Shown piece by piece: positions 50,913-62,361 of a stretch of 64,000 bases of DNA; the stretch's first letter is position 1; every line of letters begins with the position of its first letter. A program made the translations under genes and the position numbers. The notes under the pieces are model-generated. The model did not search any database, was not told where the DNA came from, and saw only the letters and a list, made by a program, of their open reading frames with translations. The stretch comes from Caecitellus pseudoparvulus (lineage: Eukaryota > Protista > Bigyra: Bicosoecida): positions 558,001 through 622,000 of the forward strand of contig CBFFRQ010000032.1 of the NCBI GenBank assembly GCA_965644315.1, written 5' to 3'.

Positions 50913-51437
50913 TCACTGAAGCGACACGTAAGCCTTGCCGTTGTACATCTTGCCTGCGAAGAATTCCCCCATAAACCTCACCCCCTCAGCACTGGTCCAG
51001 CTGCCTTCTCCGTGCATGCGATTGAACTGCCACTGCCCTGAGTACGTGGCACCACTGCTCCACCGATAGGTGCCTTTGCCATGAAACATGTTTTCTTGGA
51101 AGTCGCCCTGCGCAGGGAGCCAAGGCGCACGGTGCACCACCTTGGCCAGCACGCCAGGCGCTCGATGAGACATCGGAAGCCTCGCACTCACCTCGTATAC
51201 GGCGCCGCCAGCGGCCCGAAACACGCCGCTGCCGTGCATGGCATCGCCCTTCCACTCCCCCTCATACACCTCTTGTCCATTGGCATCTTCGTACCGTCCC
51301 TTCCCGTGCCGGGTCTTCACACCCTCCACCTCCAAGTACTCCCCCGTGTAAGTCCCGCTGCTGAGCTGGAAGGTGCCGGTGCCAACCACCGGCCCTGCCG
51401 AGGCAGCTGCCTCTGGAGTACCGTCGCTGGCCGCCAT
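50913..51437 (-). CDS. Small MORN-repeat protein (MORN2-like); in-frame 84-bp intron 51108-51191
   Basis: YTGEY...RHGKGRY, YEGEWKGDAMHGSG, YE|GDFQENMFHGKGTY, YSGQWQFNRMHGEG. Confidence 0.9.
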   Translation of the reverse strand: MAASDGTPEAAASAGPVVGTGTFQLSSGTYTGEYLEVEGVKTRHGKGRYEDANGQEVYEGEWKGDAMHGSGVFRAAGGAVYEVSARLPMSHRAPGVLAKVVHRAPWLPAQGDFQENMFHGKGTYRWSSGATYSGQWQFNRMHGEGSWTSAEGVRFMGEFFAGKMYNGKAYVSLQ

Positions 51438-51828
51438 GGTAAGTCCTAGATGCAAATTTCGAAAGGTATCCGCGTGTCAATGCCTAGGGTGGTGTGATGG
51501 TGTTTGTTATGCCCCTCGAAGTCGTCTGCGCGGCGCCTGCTTGCCACTGGTGCTCAGGCGCACGACGCCGTCGTAGAGCACCCCGCGCGTTCCAAACAAC
51601 GCTGAACTCACAAAACCCACAAAAATATCCACACTTCTTGCGTATCAGGGATACATTAGCGTGAAAGTTCAATTTAGCCCTCGTTGAGCTGGCTGTTTGA
51701 GTTCCTGTCAGCGAGCTGAGCGTGCACTTTCGCGAGGACTCTGCGAGCCGGCATCAAGCACCCCTCTGTGCCATGCAAGGCACAACCAAGTTTTGACCTT
51801 GTCTTCCTTCAGTAGTGTTTCTCTCACC

Positions 51829-54103
51829 ATGAGTTCATGCAGCAGTGATTCAGAAGAGGACATGGTGAGTGGCGCAGCGTTTCGTGTTGAAACTCTTGCT
51901 CACCTCGCACCTGCTTCGCCCACAGGCCAGCCTAGTGCCACCACAAGGCTGGCTTCCTGCAAAGCAATCAACTAGAGCTTCCAGTGCAGCCGACTCCGCC
52001 CGCCAAGCCAGGTCTTCGAACACTTCACCCGCACCATCACCGAAGCGAAGCATCACAGCTGAAGGGCCAGCAAGGCCGAGCAGCCTACGGAAGAGCCGCC
52101 AGGCCAGACAGTCTCGCACGCCAGATGCGTACTGCAGAATGAAGTCTGCTCTCATGCCCGCCAACATCGTGTGGCTCCCTGAGGATGCAGGCATGTACGA
52201 GCTTCGAGAAGAGCCCGCCAGCAGACCATTTGACCCCGCCTGGCCTGGGGTCATCGTGCCCGCGCGGCACATTCAGGAGACACTGGCCCAACACCACCTG
52301 TGGGATGATGCAACATTGCGTAATGAGCTGCTGGAAGGCTCTCGCCTGTTGGTACTTGACTGGCATGGGGCGCCCGTGGCGGGGTCCAGGGAGGTGCACC
52401 CGGTCACGAAGCACATCCACGTCGTGCGCCCGGACCAAGTCGTGCCGTGGGGCCACCACACGCTGCACCGCATGTTGAGCCTAACAGGCTCGCTGAAGTA
52501 CGGGCCCCACATGTTGGCTGACGCGACGCGACTTCCTGCCGATGTCGGTCGCGCCATGCTCGCGGATTCGCTCAAAGTGCTGCGACGCTGCAACCAAGGC
52601 CCAACTGCAGAGGACACACCAGAGATGCCAGGAACAGCGGCAGGGAAAAGCCGGTGGTCTGTGGTTCGCCGCCAAGGGAGTGATAGAATCATGCCGGCCA
52701 TCCTGGCACCTTGCAGCGTTGGGAACGATTCTGAGCTGCTGGGGCCGTGGGACGCAACGGCAGTGCTGAGCACATCGCTAGGCTGGCGCAGCTACCTTCG
52801 GCGGTTGACACCATGCGACTGCTTGCGCAAGAAGCGCGTGCACAAGAAGAGCAGTGACATGCGAAAGGAGTGGCTGGCCGCGGTGGCTGCTGCCGAGGCC
52901 GTGTTCAGGCAGCTGTCAACACAAGCCCAACGCAGTGCGTCAGAAAGTGATGCCGCGGCCGCAGCAGCCGCTGAGGCCACTGCGCAGTCGTCTCCGACTG
53001 CAGCAGTCGACCACCCTGGTGGCAGTGTGGACGTGACGGAACTGGTGCAGGGCTCCGCCAAGCTGCCGGCGGGTGTCCTGTCCCCCGGCTGCACATTGGA
53101 GTGGCAGCCACCTGCTTCTGGAGCCGGTGTCACGCGCACCAGAATCCGTGCAGTGTTTGCCTTCGGTGACACATCAGGCATTCACGCAAGGCCTCCTCCC
53201 TTGGACCCCTCAGTCATTGCAAGCGCCGTGGCTGTGCGCAGGGCAGACGTGGACGATGCCGCAGCGGGGTTGGGCGAGCAGCGTGTGGTGGTTTGTGAGG
53301 CAGAGGATGGCAGTTTGGTGTGGAGCAACACGGCAGTGCGGAGGGTGGAACCGAATGGGCAACCGGAGTTTCATCTGGCAGGCGAGTACGACCGGGTGGT
53401 GGGCAGTTTGCCAGGCGCGAGAAGTGCGCTCTCCTCGGCAGTGTCCTCCACCTTGCTGGGCCTGCGTGGGTCTGCAGTCGTCCAGCTGCGTGGATCGCAG
53501 GAAGGCACAGGCGGGAAGGCGACCCTCCTCCCAAGCGACTCCGTTGGGGAGGGTGCCGTGGCAGCCGCCGGCCAGTCACTGGACTCTGCGCGACCATCAG
53601 CAGCAACTTCACCAAGCAGCGCAACTGCTGTGGAAGGGGGCAATGAAGTCCTGAAGGGTGCTCAGGCAACGTCCGTCGTCGGCACCGGGGCTACTCCACT
53701 GCACAGCGCGCGGGCCTCGACAGACAGCGCCAAAGCCATGGAGCGAGATGGTCGCCACTCAAGCGCTTTGCCGAGCCAAGACACTTTGGCAAGCTCAGAG
53801 GAGCCGGGTGCAGATGTGGTTCCCGCCAGCGCACAAGAGTTACCCCGCCAAGACCGCTGTGCCGAGGTGAATGCCCACCGGGGAGGCAGCTCTCGTGGTC
53901 CCAGTGGGAAGCTAGGCGGCCAGAAACGCCCTCTGGGTCGTGACAACTCCACCGGGTCCCTGGAACAAGTCAAGCGCCCTGCCCTGCAGTCCCAGTCTCT
54001 CCCCTTTCCTCAAGCACGCCGGGTTCAAGGACATGCCGGAGTCCGTGGCAGCACCTTCTCCCGCGCAGTGCCGCAGCCAGGAGGTGGAAGCAGCATAGGT
54101 TAA
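51829..54103 (+). CDS. Uncharacterised protein with possible divergent PWWP-like domains; intron 51865-51925
   Basis: MSSCSSDSEEDM exon splices in frame to a 744-aa ORF; FDPAWPGVIVP...VVPW and KEWLAAVAAAE segments. Confidence 0.6.
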
Positions 54104-54484
54104 GGCGCGCTTGTACTTGAAGCTGTTCGCCTGCTGCTCTTTTGGCTTGCGGGTGGACTCCTTTGTGCTGACAATTCAGTACATCGTACCTGCTTGGCAC
54201 ACCTCACGGCAGGGGTCCAGCTGAACGCTGAACCTGCACCTGCCACAATTCACACCCCAGCCCACGAGGCCAGTAGACGCATAATCATTCACGCTGTCTT
54301 TCAGCCCCTCTGAGGCTGCGTCCTCTTGCTTGGAAGGCGTAGACGCACTGCTGGTCGGCGTTGCGTGAGGCGTTTCGCGGCAGTCCTTGCGAAACGCCGC
54401 ACATCGACTGCCGATACCCCAAAGTAGACCGTCAACTGCCTGTGGAACTGGCCGTCGAGTACATGCACTAGCCTGCTGTGTAGC

Positions 54485-56674
54485 ATGGGCTCTGCTGTGA
54501 GCGCGTCCTGCTCTGGGGGCGCCGTGGGAGGCAGCGGAGTAGGCGCCGACGAGGCCAAACTGGAGGCAGCCATTTCAGCAGGAGACAAGCCTACAACTCT
54601 GCAGCACATCCTGGCACGGGGAAACGTTGTGGAGAAAGCTGGCAACTTGCTGCATGCAGCACTCGTCACGGGCCAGGTGGCCAGCGCGTTGGCGCTGCTA
54701 CGGCATGGCCGACTGCAGCTTGGGCGCCGAGATTCATTTCTCCTCATCGTCGTGCTCCAAGTGGACAGAGGGGCCATGCAGCTGGAGGTGCTGCGACTGC
54801 TGCTTCACACTGGTGTGTTGCAGGGTATGGATGTGAACTACATCCACCATGGAGAAGAGGGGGACGAGGATGCGGATTGCGATGCTGTGTTTACTCCGCT
54901 GGCCTACGCCCTGCGCCGCCGCCTGCCGGAGTGTGCTCACCTATTGCTGCGGTATGGAGCGGACCCCAGCATATCCTTGGGCTCCCTGTACCAGGGCCGC
55001 TACTCTCCTTTTGCGGAGTGGTGTCGGCAAGTGCTGCTGACGCAGACTGAAGCGCAGTCCCCAGCCCCGAAACGAAGCCCGAAGCTCACGCCTGGCAGCT
55101 CCCTTGCTCGCATGTCAGCTGATGACAACGTCATGGAGAAAGAGTTTCAAGAGCGCTCTGTGGAGCTGCCACGGCAACTGCTCTGTGGCCAGCACCAGCA
55201 TTACTTCTCCAGTGCCGGCAAGTCCCGCTTTCGACACAAGGTGCTGGCTCGGGCAAGCCGCAACCGGTCTGGCTCCAACTCCTCCACGTCAAGCCGCTCC
55301 GGGGCCTCTGGCAGCCGGAGCGGCGGGCTAGCCTCAGCTCGCACAGGGAGCATGAGTGCCGGCATGACTCGGCATGCCATCTCAGATGCCCTGCGGTCTT
55401 TTCAACGTGACAGTTCCATGCGTGGCGTGGCGTGCGAGCGCACGCTGGATTTCCACAGCAGGTCACAAGCCACACGGGAGCGCCTGCGGGCGCCACCGCC
55501 CATGTGCAGTGCCGAGCTTGCTTCAGCCATGTTTGCGTGTGGAGCTAATGCTAACGAGGCTGTTGGACAGTCAGAGGTGTTCCAGGTCACCGGCATCCCC
55601 GCGCTGCAGCACTGCCTGGCGTGGCCAGGCGTCGTGCACGAGATGCTGAAGAACGGAGCCCACCCTGAGGGCAACCCAAGATTTGCTTTGCCGCCCCTCC
55701 TGCAAGCTTGTGACTCCATGCACACTCCGTGGGAGACGGTCTCGCTGCTGCTGGAGGCAGGGGCCAGTGTACACGCGACTCCACGCTTTCAAGAAGCGCA
55801 CAGACAAGAAGGCAGTGCAGAGGCGCAAGACTCAAACAAGGGACAAAGAGCTCGATCCATCAGCTCGCCAGATGCTCCAAAACACGCTCCACAAGACCAG
55901 GCCATGACCGCTTACGAGGCTCTGTGCGGACGCCTGCTGGATGAATTGGGGCAGGATGAACACGGCGAGGCAGTGGACCTGCCGCCAGGCACCTTGCTCC
56001 CAGTAGATGTAGAACGTATTGGCATGTTACTGGTGCGGCGGGGTACGCCCACGCCCATTGTGGAAAGCAACCTGCGCATGCTGGCGGTGCCTGCGCCGCA
56101 CGCCAGTCGCGCCATGAGCCGCATTGCACACTGGGAGCGCCGGAGGGACCTTTTGCTGTGCCGTGCACAGGTGCAAGATGCATCGGCTGTGATGGAGACC
56201 GGCAGCTCTACCCAGGAACACTCCACAAAGTCTGCCCCTGCGCTAGGCGCTGTGCAGCCTGGCCCGGGCGGTGCCATCATCACTTCGCGCCAGCTGTTGC
56301 TGGGGCAAGTCCCAGCCGGGAAGGCGCCTTCACGCACGAAAGCCATTCCTGTGCCTAAGAAGCCCACCACGCCCAAGCGCAGCGGCTCGGGCCGGCCACG
56401 CAGTGTGTCCAAGCCCACCAAACTGAGTCCAGGCACACTCAGCCTTGGCCCAGCGTCCCCAGGAACGCGCCGGTATACTTTTTCAAGCAGTCCTGTCAGC
56501 AGCCGCAGCCATGGCAGTTCCCGCATCCCCTCTTCGGTGCTAGCAAGTGCCCACAAACCCCCTGCAGCAGATCGACGGGCCGGGCTGCAGGTGGAGCCTC
56601 ATCACACCTCCACGCCGCATGGCAGCGCTTCTTCAGACCCTGCACACCTTCAGGAAAAGGAGCCTTCTGCGTGA
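54485..56674 (+). CDS. Ankyrin repeat protein with putative N-myristoylation site (MGSAVS)
   Basis: FTPLAYALRRRLPECAHLLLRYGADP, LPPLLQAC...VSLLLEAGASVH; disordered Ser-rich tail. Confidence 0.75.
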   Translation: MGSAVSASCSGGAVGGSGVGADEAKLEAAISAGDKPTTLQHILARGNVVEKAGNLLHAALVTGQVASALALLRHGRLQLGRRDSFLLIVVLQVDRGAMQLEVLRLLLHTGVLQGMDVNYIHHGEEGDEDADCDAVFTPLAYALRRRLPECAHLLLRYGADPSISLGSLYQGRYSPFAEWCRQVLLTQTEAQSPAPKRSPKLTPGSSLARMSADDNVMEKEFQERSVELPRQLLCGQHQHYFSSAGKSRFRHKVLARASRNRSGSNSSTSSRSGASGSRSGGLASARTGSMSAGMTRHAISDALRSFQRDSSMRGVACERTLDFHSRSQATRERLRAPPPMCSAELASAMFACGANANEAVGQSEVFQVTGIPALQHCLAWPGVVHEMLKNGAHPEGNPRFALPPLLQACDSMHTPWETVSLLLEAGASVHATPRFQEAHRQEGSAEAQDSNKGQRARSISSPDAPKHAPQDQAMTAYEALCGRLLDELGQDEHGEAVDLPPGTLLPVDVERIGMLLVRRGTPTPIVESNLRMLAVPAPHASRAMSRIAHWERRRDLLLCRAQVQDASAVMETGSSTQEHSTKSAPALGAVQPGPGGAIITSRQLLLGQVPAGKAPSRTKAIPVPKKPTTPKRSGSGRPRSVSKPTKLSPGTLSLGPASPGTRRYTFSSSPVSSRSHGSSRIPSSVLASAHKPPAADRRAGLQVEPHHTSTPHGSASSDPAHLQEKEPSA

Positions 56675-56723
56675 GTCGCAATGCTCCAAGCGCATTAAGG
56701 GCCTTCGTGGCTCTGAAATGCAT

Positions 56724-59700
56724 TCATGCATCCATGCTGGAGAGCTGCCGAGCAGACGTCGGCGTGTCTGCCAGGCACCGCACGCCAGTGAAGCTGTCGC
56801 GAGCCTGAAAATCGGCGGCAAAGGCAATCACGGTGTGCTCGTCATTCCGTAAGCTGCTGATGGTGTACGAGCAGCTTGCTGTCGTGCACTGTGGCTGCCA
56901 AGCAGGTCCACCGCGTGCCAGGGCCCTGCAAGTGCTGGTGAAGGGGCCACCCACGTCACAGAAGGAACCACCCACCCACTGTCGCACGAGACCTGTCATG
57001 TCGTACAGCCCCCATCCACTGCGGCCATCTGGATAGCTGCCCACCTCTGGGATGGCATCGTATGCGGTGGCAGGGGCCCCCGTCCCAGCCATGGACGTGA
57101 TGGCTGGCGGCACAAGGGTGGAGTTGGGAGAAGTGTCTCCCCAAGGAAACACCCTAGCCGTGAAGCTATCCTGCATGTGGACGCGAGTGGCACGCAGCGC
57201 ATTAGAACGATGCAGGGAGCTGCGACCACTCGTGTGCTCAGCAGAGCTCGGCGACGTACTGGCGGCCACAGCCCACTCCCAATCAGTGGGCAACCGCCCA
57301 CCCCGCCACCTGCAGTAGGCCGATGCGTCACGTGGTGACACATACACAACTGGCTTGCGCTTGGCATTGGCGGGATACGTCCGGGTACCGTTGGCAAATG
57401 TCACCCAATGGGCCAAGTATCCTGCTGAGTTCGCTGGAGCGTAGTCTGTATCGCTCATGAACTTTGCCCACTGTCCGTTTGTTGCGGGTGTGGCGTCCAT
57501 GAAGAACGGTGCCAACGTCAAGCGCAGAGTGCTATGGCTGCGGGTGGGGGCGGACTCCCAGGGGAACTGAACCCCCAGGCCTGGAGGTGGCGAAGCGTGG
57601 CCGCGTGCGGCCACGGCTGCCGCAGAGTACAACAAAGCGCGCGGAACGGAACTGTTCACGGCAAAGGGGAAATTCGGCGCTCCACCGACAAAGAGCATGC
57701 CTCTGGGGGGTGACAGGACAGGGCTAGCAGGGGGTGGTGGGCTGTATGTTTGGCGCACCGGAGCCCATGTCCCAGGCATGCCTTGCAGAGGCACCTTGGT
57801 AATGAGCCTCATGAGCAACAGCATTTCTCGCAAGTTTGCGGGCGCCACTTCAATGCCTCGGCCGCGCAGCACGGCTGGCGTCATGAGGAGTGCAGAGATG
57901 TCCTTGGCGCCGACAGACATGGTGGCCACGTTGCCTTGCACACTGTCAGGAGCTCCAACGAGGCCCGATGCTGCCCCCGGCTCAGGGGCGTAAGGCACCT
58001 GCCGCCCGAAGTACACGTTGAAGTACTCGCGTTCAGTCGGGTACACATGCTGCACACTGGCGTACAACTCCGGCGTGTCCACACGAAATGTAATGTTGGC
58101 CGAACTTGGACCGTGGTTTGCCAGTAACCACACTGCACACAGTGGTTGTTGTCCGCTGCCAAGCTGCAATTCAACTTCACCAAGCAAACTGCCAACGCAA
58201 GCAGCGGTGTAGAACCCCACCTGTGTTTGGCCTGGCTCGCCGCCCAGCGTCGTTGACGTCGCGGGGTGTTCCGGAAGCCATGGCAGCTGTCGCACGTTGG
58301 GTGGAAGGGAAGGTGCCGCAGACTGTGTTGGAGCTGGGCCATCCAGCAGGAGACGGTGCACGGCTGCAGCGGAAGCAGGGGCACTTGCAGAGGCACTTGA
58401 AGCCGCTGAGGATGAAGCTTGGGCTGTGGACGTCACCGTCGCGTGGGCTGTGGACGTCACCGTCGCGTGGGCTGTGGACGTCACCGTCGCGTGGGCTGTG
58501 GACGTCACCGTCGCATGGGCTGTGGACGTTACCGTCGCGTGGGCTGTGGACGTCACCGTCGCATGGGCTGTGGACGTCACCGTCGCATGGGCTGTGGACG
58601 TCACCGTCGCATGGGCTGTGGACGTCACCGTCGCGTGGGCTGTGGACGTCACCGTCGCATGGGCTGTGGACGTCACCGTCGCATGGGCTGTGGACGTCAC
58701 CGTCGCATGGGCTGTGGACGTCACCGTCGCATGGGCTGTGTGGGATGGTGTGTGGGTGGGGATAGCGGTCACACTTGCAGAGGACGTCGGAGATGGCGTT
58801 GCACTTGGCGACGGCGCAATAAGCGGGGTGATGAACTTGCGGATGGCGCCCATTCGGTCTGCCAGAGCACCGACCCGGGCTGTGGGGCGGTTTGTCCAGC
58901 CCCACATCAGCGAGGGCAAGCCGGGAGGTGCGCCCATGACGTGGGCATTGAGCATGGCATCCGTAGGGTCAGTCATGGCCCAGCAGTCGATAACAGACGT
59001 GTGGCGTGTGTCTAAGGCATGGGTGGCGGGGATGTCGGGCCAGTTTGCCGAGCCAGCAGTGCGAGAGATGGGCGTGAAGGCGAGAGGTGGCTGCGACGGG
59101 TCAAGGCCGCCAGGGGCAACCGAGAGAGCAGTCACAGGCGCCTGCACACCTGGCTGTGCGCCAGGCGCGGTGTACCAGGACTTCGGGAGCCAGCCAGGGC
59201 CCCATATGCCCTCATCTGCCCAAATGCCATCCAAGCCCGCTGCCTGCAGCCAGCCCCAAGCCGCGAGCTGCCCGTGAGGCGTGATGTCTGGCCGTGTCGC
59301 TGCATCCCATGGGCAGTATCCCAGGAACACCCTCACGCCAGCAGCTTGCACCAGCGCCACCTGCTCGGCGAGGGAAGGGCCAGCACCACCCAGGTGGCTC
59401 AGCACTTCGAACTGGTTCCTGTCATCCAGCCCCAGGGTCCCAGGCCATGCCCAAAGCACCATGGCGTTGATGCTGTCTGGAAGGGGGAGGTCATCCAGCA
59501 ACTGTGCCAGGGTGAAGTTGCCAGTGCTGGGACTGAGGACAGACGTGTCCAACGCGTTGACATGCAGCACTGTGCCGCCCAGCTGCGTCCAAGACAGGGT
59601 CGGCGCGTTGTAAACAGTGCTCGCACGGGTGGAGTAGTGCATCTGGCTCAGGACCTGCTGTCTCCATGCAGATGTGTTCTGTGCCCAGGGCTCCATTCCA

Positions 59701-59875
59701 CCTGATGCCTCCACTGTCTTGAGGTACATGCTGAAGGAGGAGCGCGTGAAGACGAATCGAATTCCGCAGCGACGCCGCTCTAGGGTTGCTTCGCGTGCAC
59801 GCACCCGAGACGCTCCTGAGCAAGGCAAGGCAAGAAGCACATGACGAGAAGTACCACTCCATACCCCTTCGCCAT
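56724..59875 (-). CDS. Secreted protein: GH-like barrel + Thr-rich linker + FGE-sulfatase (SUMF1-type) domain; intron 59731-59804
   Basis: Signal peptide MAKGYGVVLLVMCFLPCLA; FFMDATPATNGQWAKF, KPVVYVSPRDASAYCRWRGGRLPTDWEW, FPWG, WGLYDMTGLVRQW, ARGG, FTGVRC. Confidence 0.82.
58419..58740. repeat. 24-bp coding tandem repeat, about 13 copies (TAHATVTS)
   Basis: tgggctgtggacgtcaccgtcgc[a/g] units. Confidence 0.95.
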
Positions 59876-60136
59876 TCTGCACGCAGGGAGACCGGGTCTC
59901 CGCCTGCAGGCTTGTCTCGCTTGCAGCAACCTCCAACCCGGCAGGAAGGTGCCCGTTGTCGCCAAAACCACCAAGCTGCACAAAATAAGTGCACCAGCGC
60001 TGCCACGCCATTCTTGTGGCAGAACGCATCTGCGCTGGGCTGCGGGTGATTCGATTTGAGTGGCCAGGTCAGCTTCTGCGGCCCATCAGTGCGGACGCGA
60101 AACGCTGTCGCCGACGAGACGGCTTGTGAAGCGGGC

Positions 60137-62288
60137 ATGGAGGCCAGCACACTGTGGCCGGGCATGCAGCTTGCACACTTGGGCTTGGTTCACACAGGCT
60201 CCGCCAAGGTGCTCGTGGCTGCAACAGCCGGCCAAAGCAAACTTCGTCTGCCGGAACTGCCGCAGGCCGCACGCGACACATCGGTTGGCTCCACCTCGTC
60301 ACGACGCTCTCGCCGAGGAAGTAAAGCAGGCCGCCAGCGGCATGGAGATGACGAAAGCCCTGTGATATCCTCCAGTTTTCTCGCCAACCAGGCCCGCTGC
60401 CCCACCCCTGCGCCGCCCGCTGACTCGCTGAGCATGCTGAAGGTGGCCTGCACGCTCGTGTCCCTCCATCCAACACCCAGCGCGTGCGAGGGGTCGGGGC
60501 AGAGAGCGTGTGCAGGTACCGGGCGTGGTCTGCTCAGGGGGAGCAACGGCTCTGCCGTCGTGTGGGTCGCCCACAGCTCACTCTCTGTGGCCGCTGTGGC
60601 TGTGGTCCGTGCCTTGCCCGTGACGGACGCCGGCTCGCTGGACACTCTGGTGGGTTTCCATCACAAAGCACGGCATGTCTCCCACCCATCCTGCACCCCC
60701 ACTTCCCTGCTCTCTTTCACAGTATGTTTCCTTAGACTGCGCCTTGGCGCACTTTCTTGGGGTGTTCACGCCCAGTGCAGGCAGCAGCATCGCACCGCGC
60801 GGCGGAGACCCCACAGCAGAGACAGACCTCCCATCGTTGCTGGATCGAGTGGCAGGCGAGTCAGCTCGTGAATCGGCAGCATACACGGCAGCAAGTGCGT
60901 GTCAAGAGGCTTCCAGTGAAGCAGCCTGGGGTGCCTGTGCGGATGCGCGGCTAGCCGCACTGCGCACTGATTGCCTGCAACCCGTGCTGAAGGGCCTGGC
61001 AGGAAGCCCAGGCATAAGCCCCCCGCCAGCGCCCTCCCCTGGCATGCCACCCATGTCGCACCTCTTGCTTGCCACGGCATGGCCGGAACCGGCAACGCCG
61101 GTGGGGGCAGGGCAGGTGCTGGGAGGCCTGGGCGGCGTTTCCCTGGGCATCGCGCTGGAAGGGGAAGAGAGTGCACTGCAGCACGTGGTGTGCGGGCAGG
61201 CGTTTATCAGCGGCCCCGAACCACACACATCTATTGCTCGCGTCGCCAGTGCCCTGCTCGCAGCGGTGCGGAGCCCAGTGGACAGTGCTGGCGGCGTGCG
61301 TTTCCGGTGTGCGTGGCAGGGGGGAATCAGCGCCAACGTCATCATGCTGCCACACGTGGGCATCGTGCACGTGTCGTGCATTTCAGGCATGCCCACGCCG
61401 GAAGGCCTTGTCGCGCCGACGGTCATGGCCATCCCACTCAGCAGCCCGGGTGGGGGTCTGCCGCTGGCGTGGTTGGCAGGTGGGGTGCAGACTGGCTTGC
61501 CGCTGCCGGCACTGCTGGACGTCGTTGGGGGCTTCGCGCAGCAAGATGTGGTGGCCCTGTGGGGCGGCGGCGGCGCCAAGCAGCGTCGCCCCAGCTTCAG
61601 CGCTGAACTGCCCCCCGGCGGCCAGCCAGTGTCCAGGCCAGCGCCGCCTGTCGCCGGCAGCACACCAGACAGGCCAGGGCGCCCCTCCCGTCGCCGCCAC
61701 CGTCGGCGGACAGGGCGCCAGTTGCACGTGGCCAGCCCCGTGCTGCCCACCATGCCTGGCAGGGGGTTCACCAGTCACGGGTCAACGGGGGACATGTTCC
61801 ACCTGGGTTCCATGGGGGGCCCGCTGGTGCTGGGAGAGGGGGAGGCAGGCTCCAGAGGCGACTCCCGCACGACCCACTCCGTTACCAGCCAGGGAAGCAG
61901 GGGCTTTACATCCGACTCCAGTCGCCAACGTGGCCACGGGCGAGGTGGCTTTGGCTTCTCGACGACGGGCAGCAGCTTGGGCAGCGGCATCGCGGGTCTG
62001 CGTGTGACTCGGGGTCAGAGCAGCGCAGCATCTTCCACAGAAACGCCCATGATGATGGTGCCGGCGGCGCCCCAGCTCATGCAAGCGACCCAGGGGTCGC
62101 CCAACTACCCGGCAAACATGCCCAAGCCGCCTGACTCGCTGGCGTTTCTGCAGCATGGAGGCTCCATTCGCATCACGCTCATCTCGTCCCCTGCTGCCCA
62201 AGCGGCGGCGGTGCGGCTGCCTGCCTTTGGCACGACGGCACTCACGGGAGGCTTGGGCTCCGTCATGGGCTCAGTTGTGGAGGAGTAG
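60137..62288 (+). CDS. Uncharacterised protein; intron 60650-60722
   Basis: Two ORFs join in frame via a 73-bp GT-AG intron with a pyrimidine-rich acceptor; no recognisable domain. Confidence 0.55.
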
Positions 62289-62361
62289 CTCCTGGCTGCA
62301 TGCATTTCCTGTGGAGAAGCAGCAGCTGAGTGGCGGACGCTGGGTGGCAGCCACGTGCGCC

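Noticed and set aside
58106-59277. Several ORFs over the 24-bp repeat (AWAVDVTV, HSPCDGDV, MGCGRHRR)
   Set aside because: Shadow frames; the TAHATVTS frame is continuous with the FGE domain
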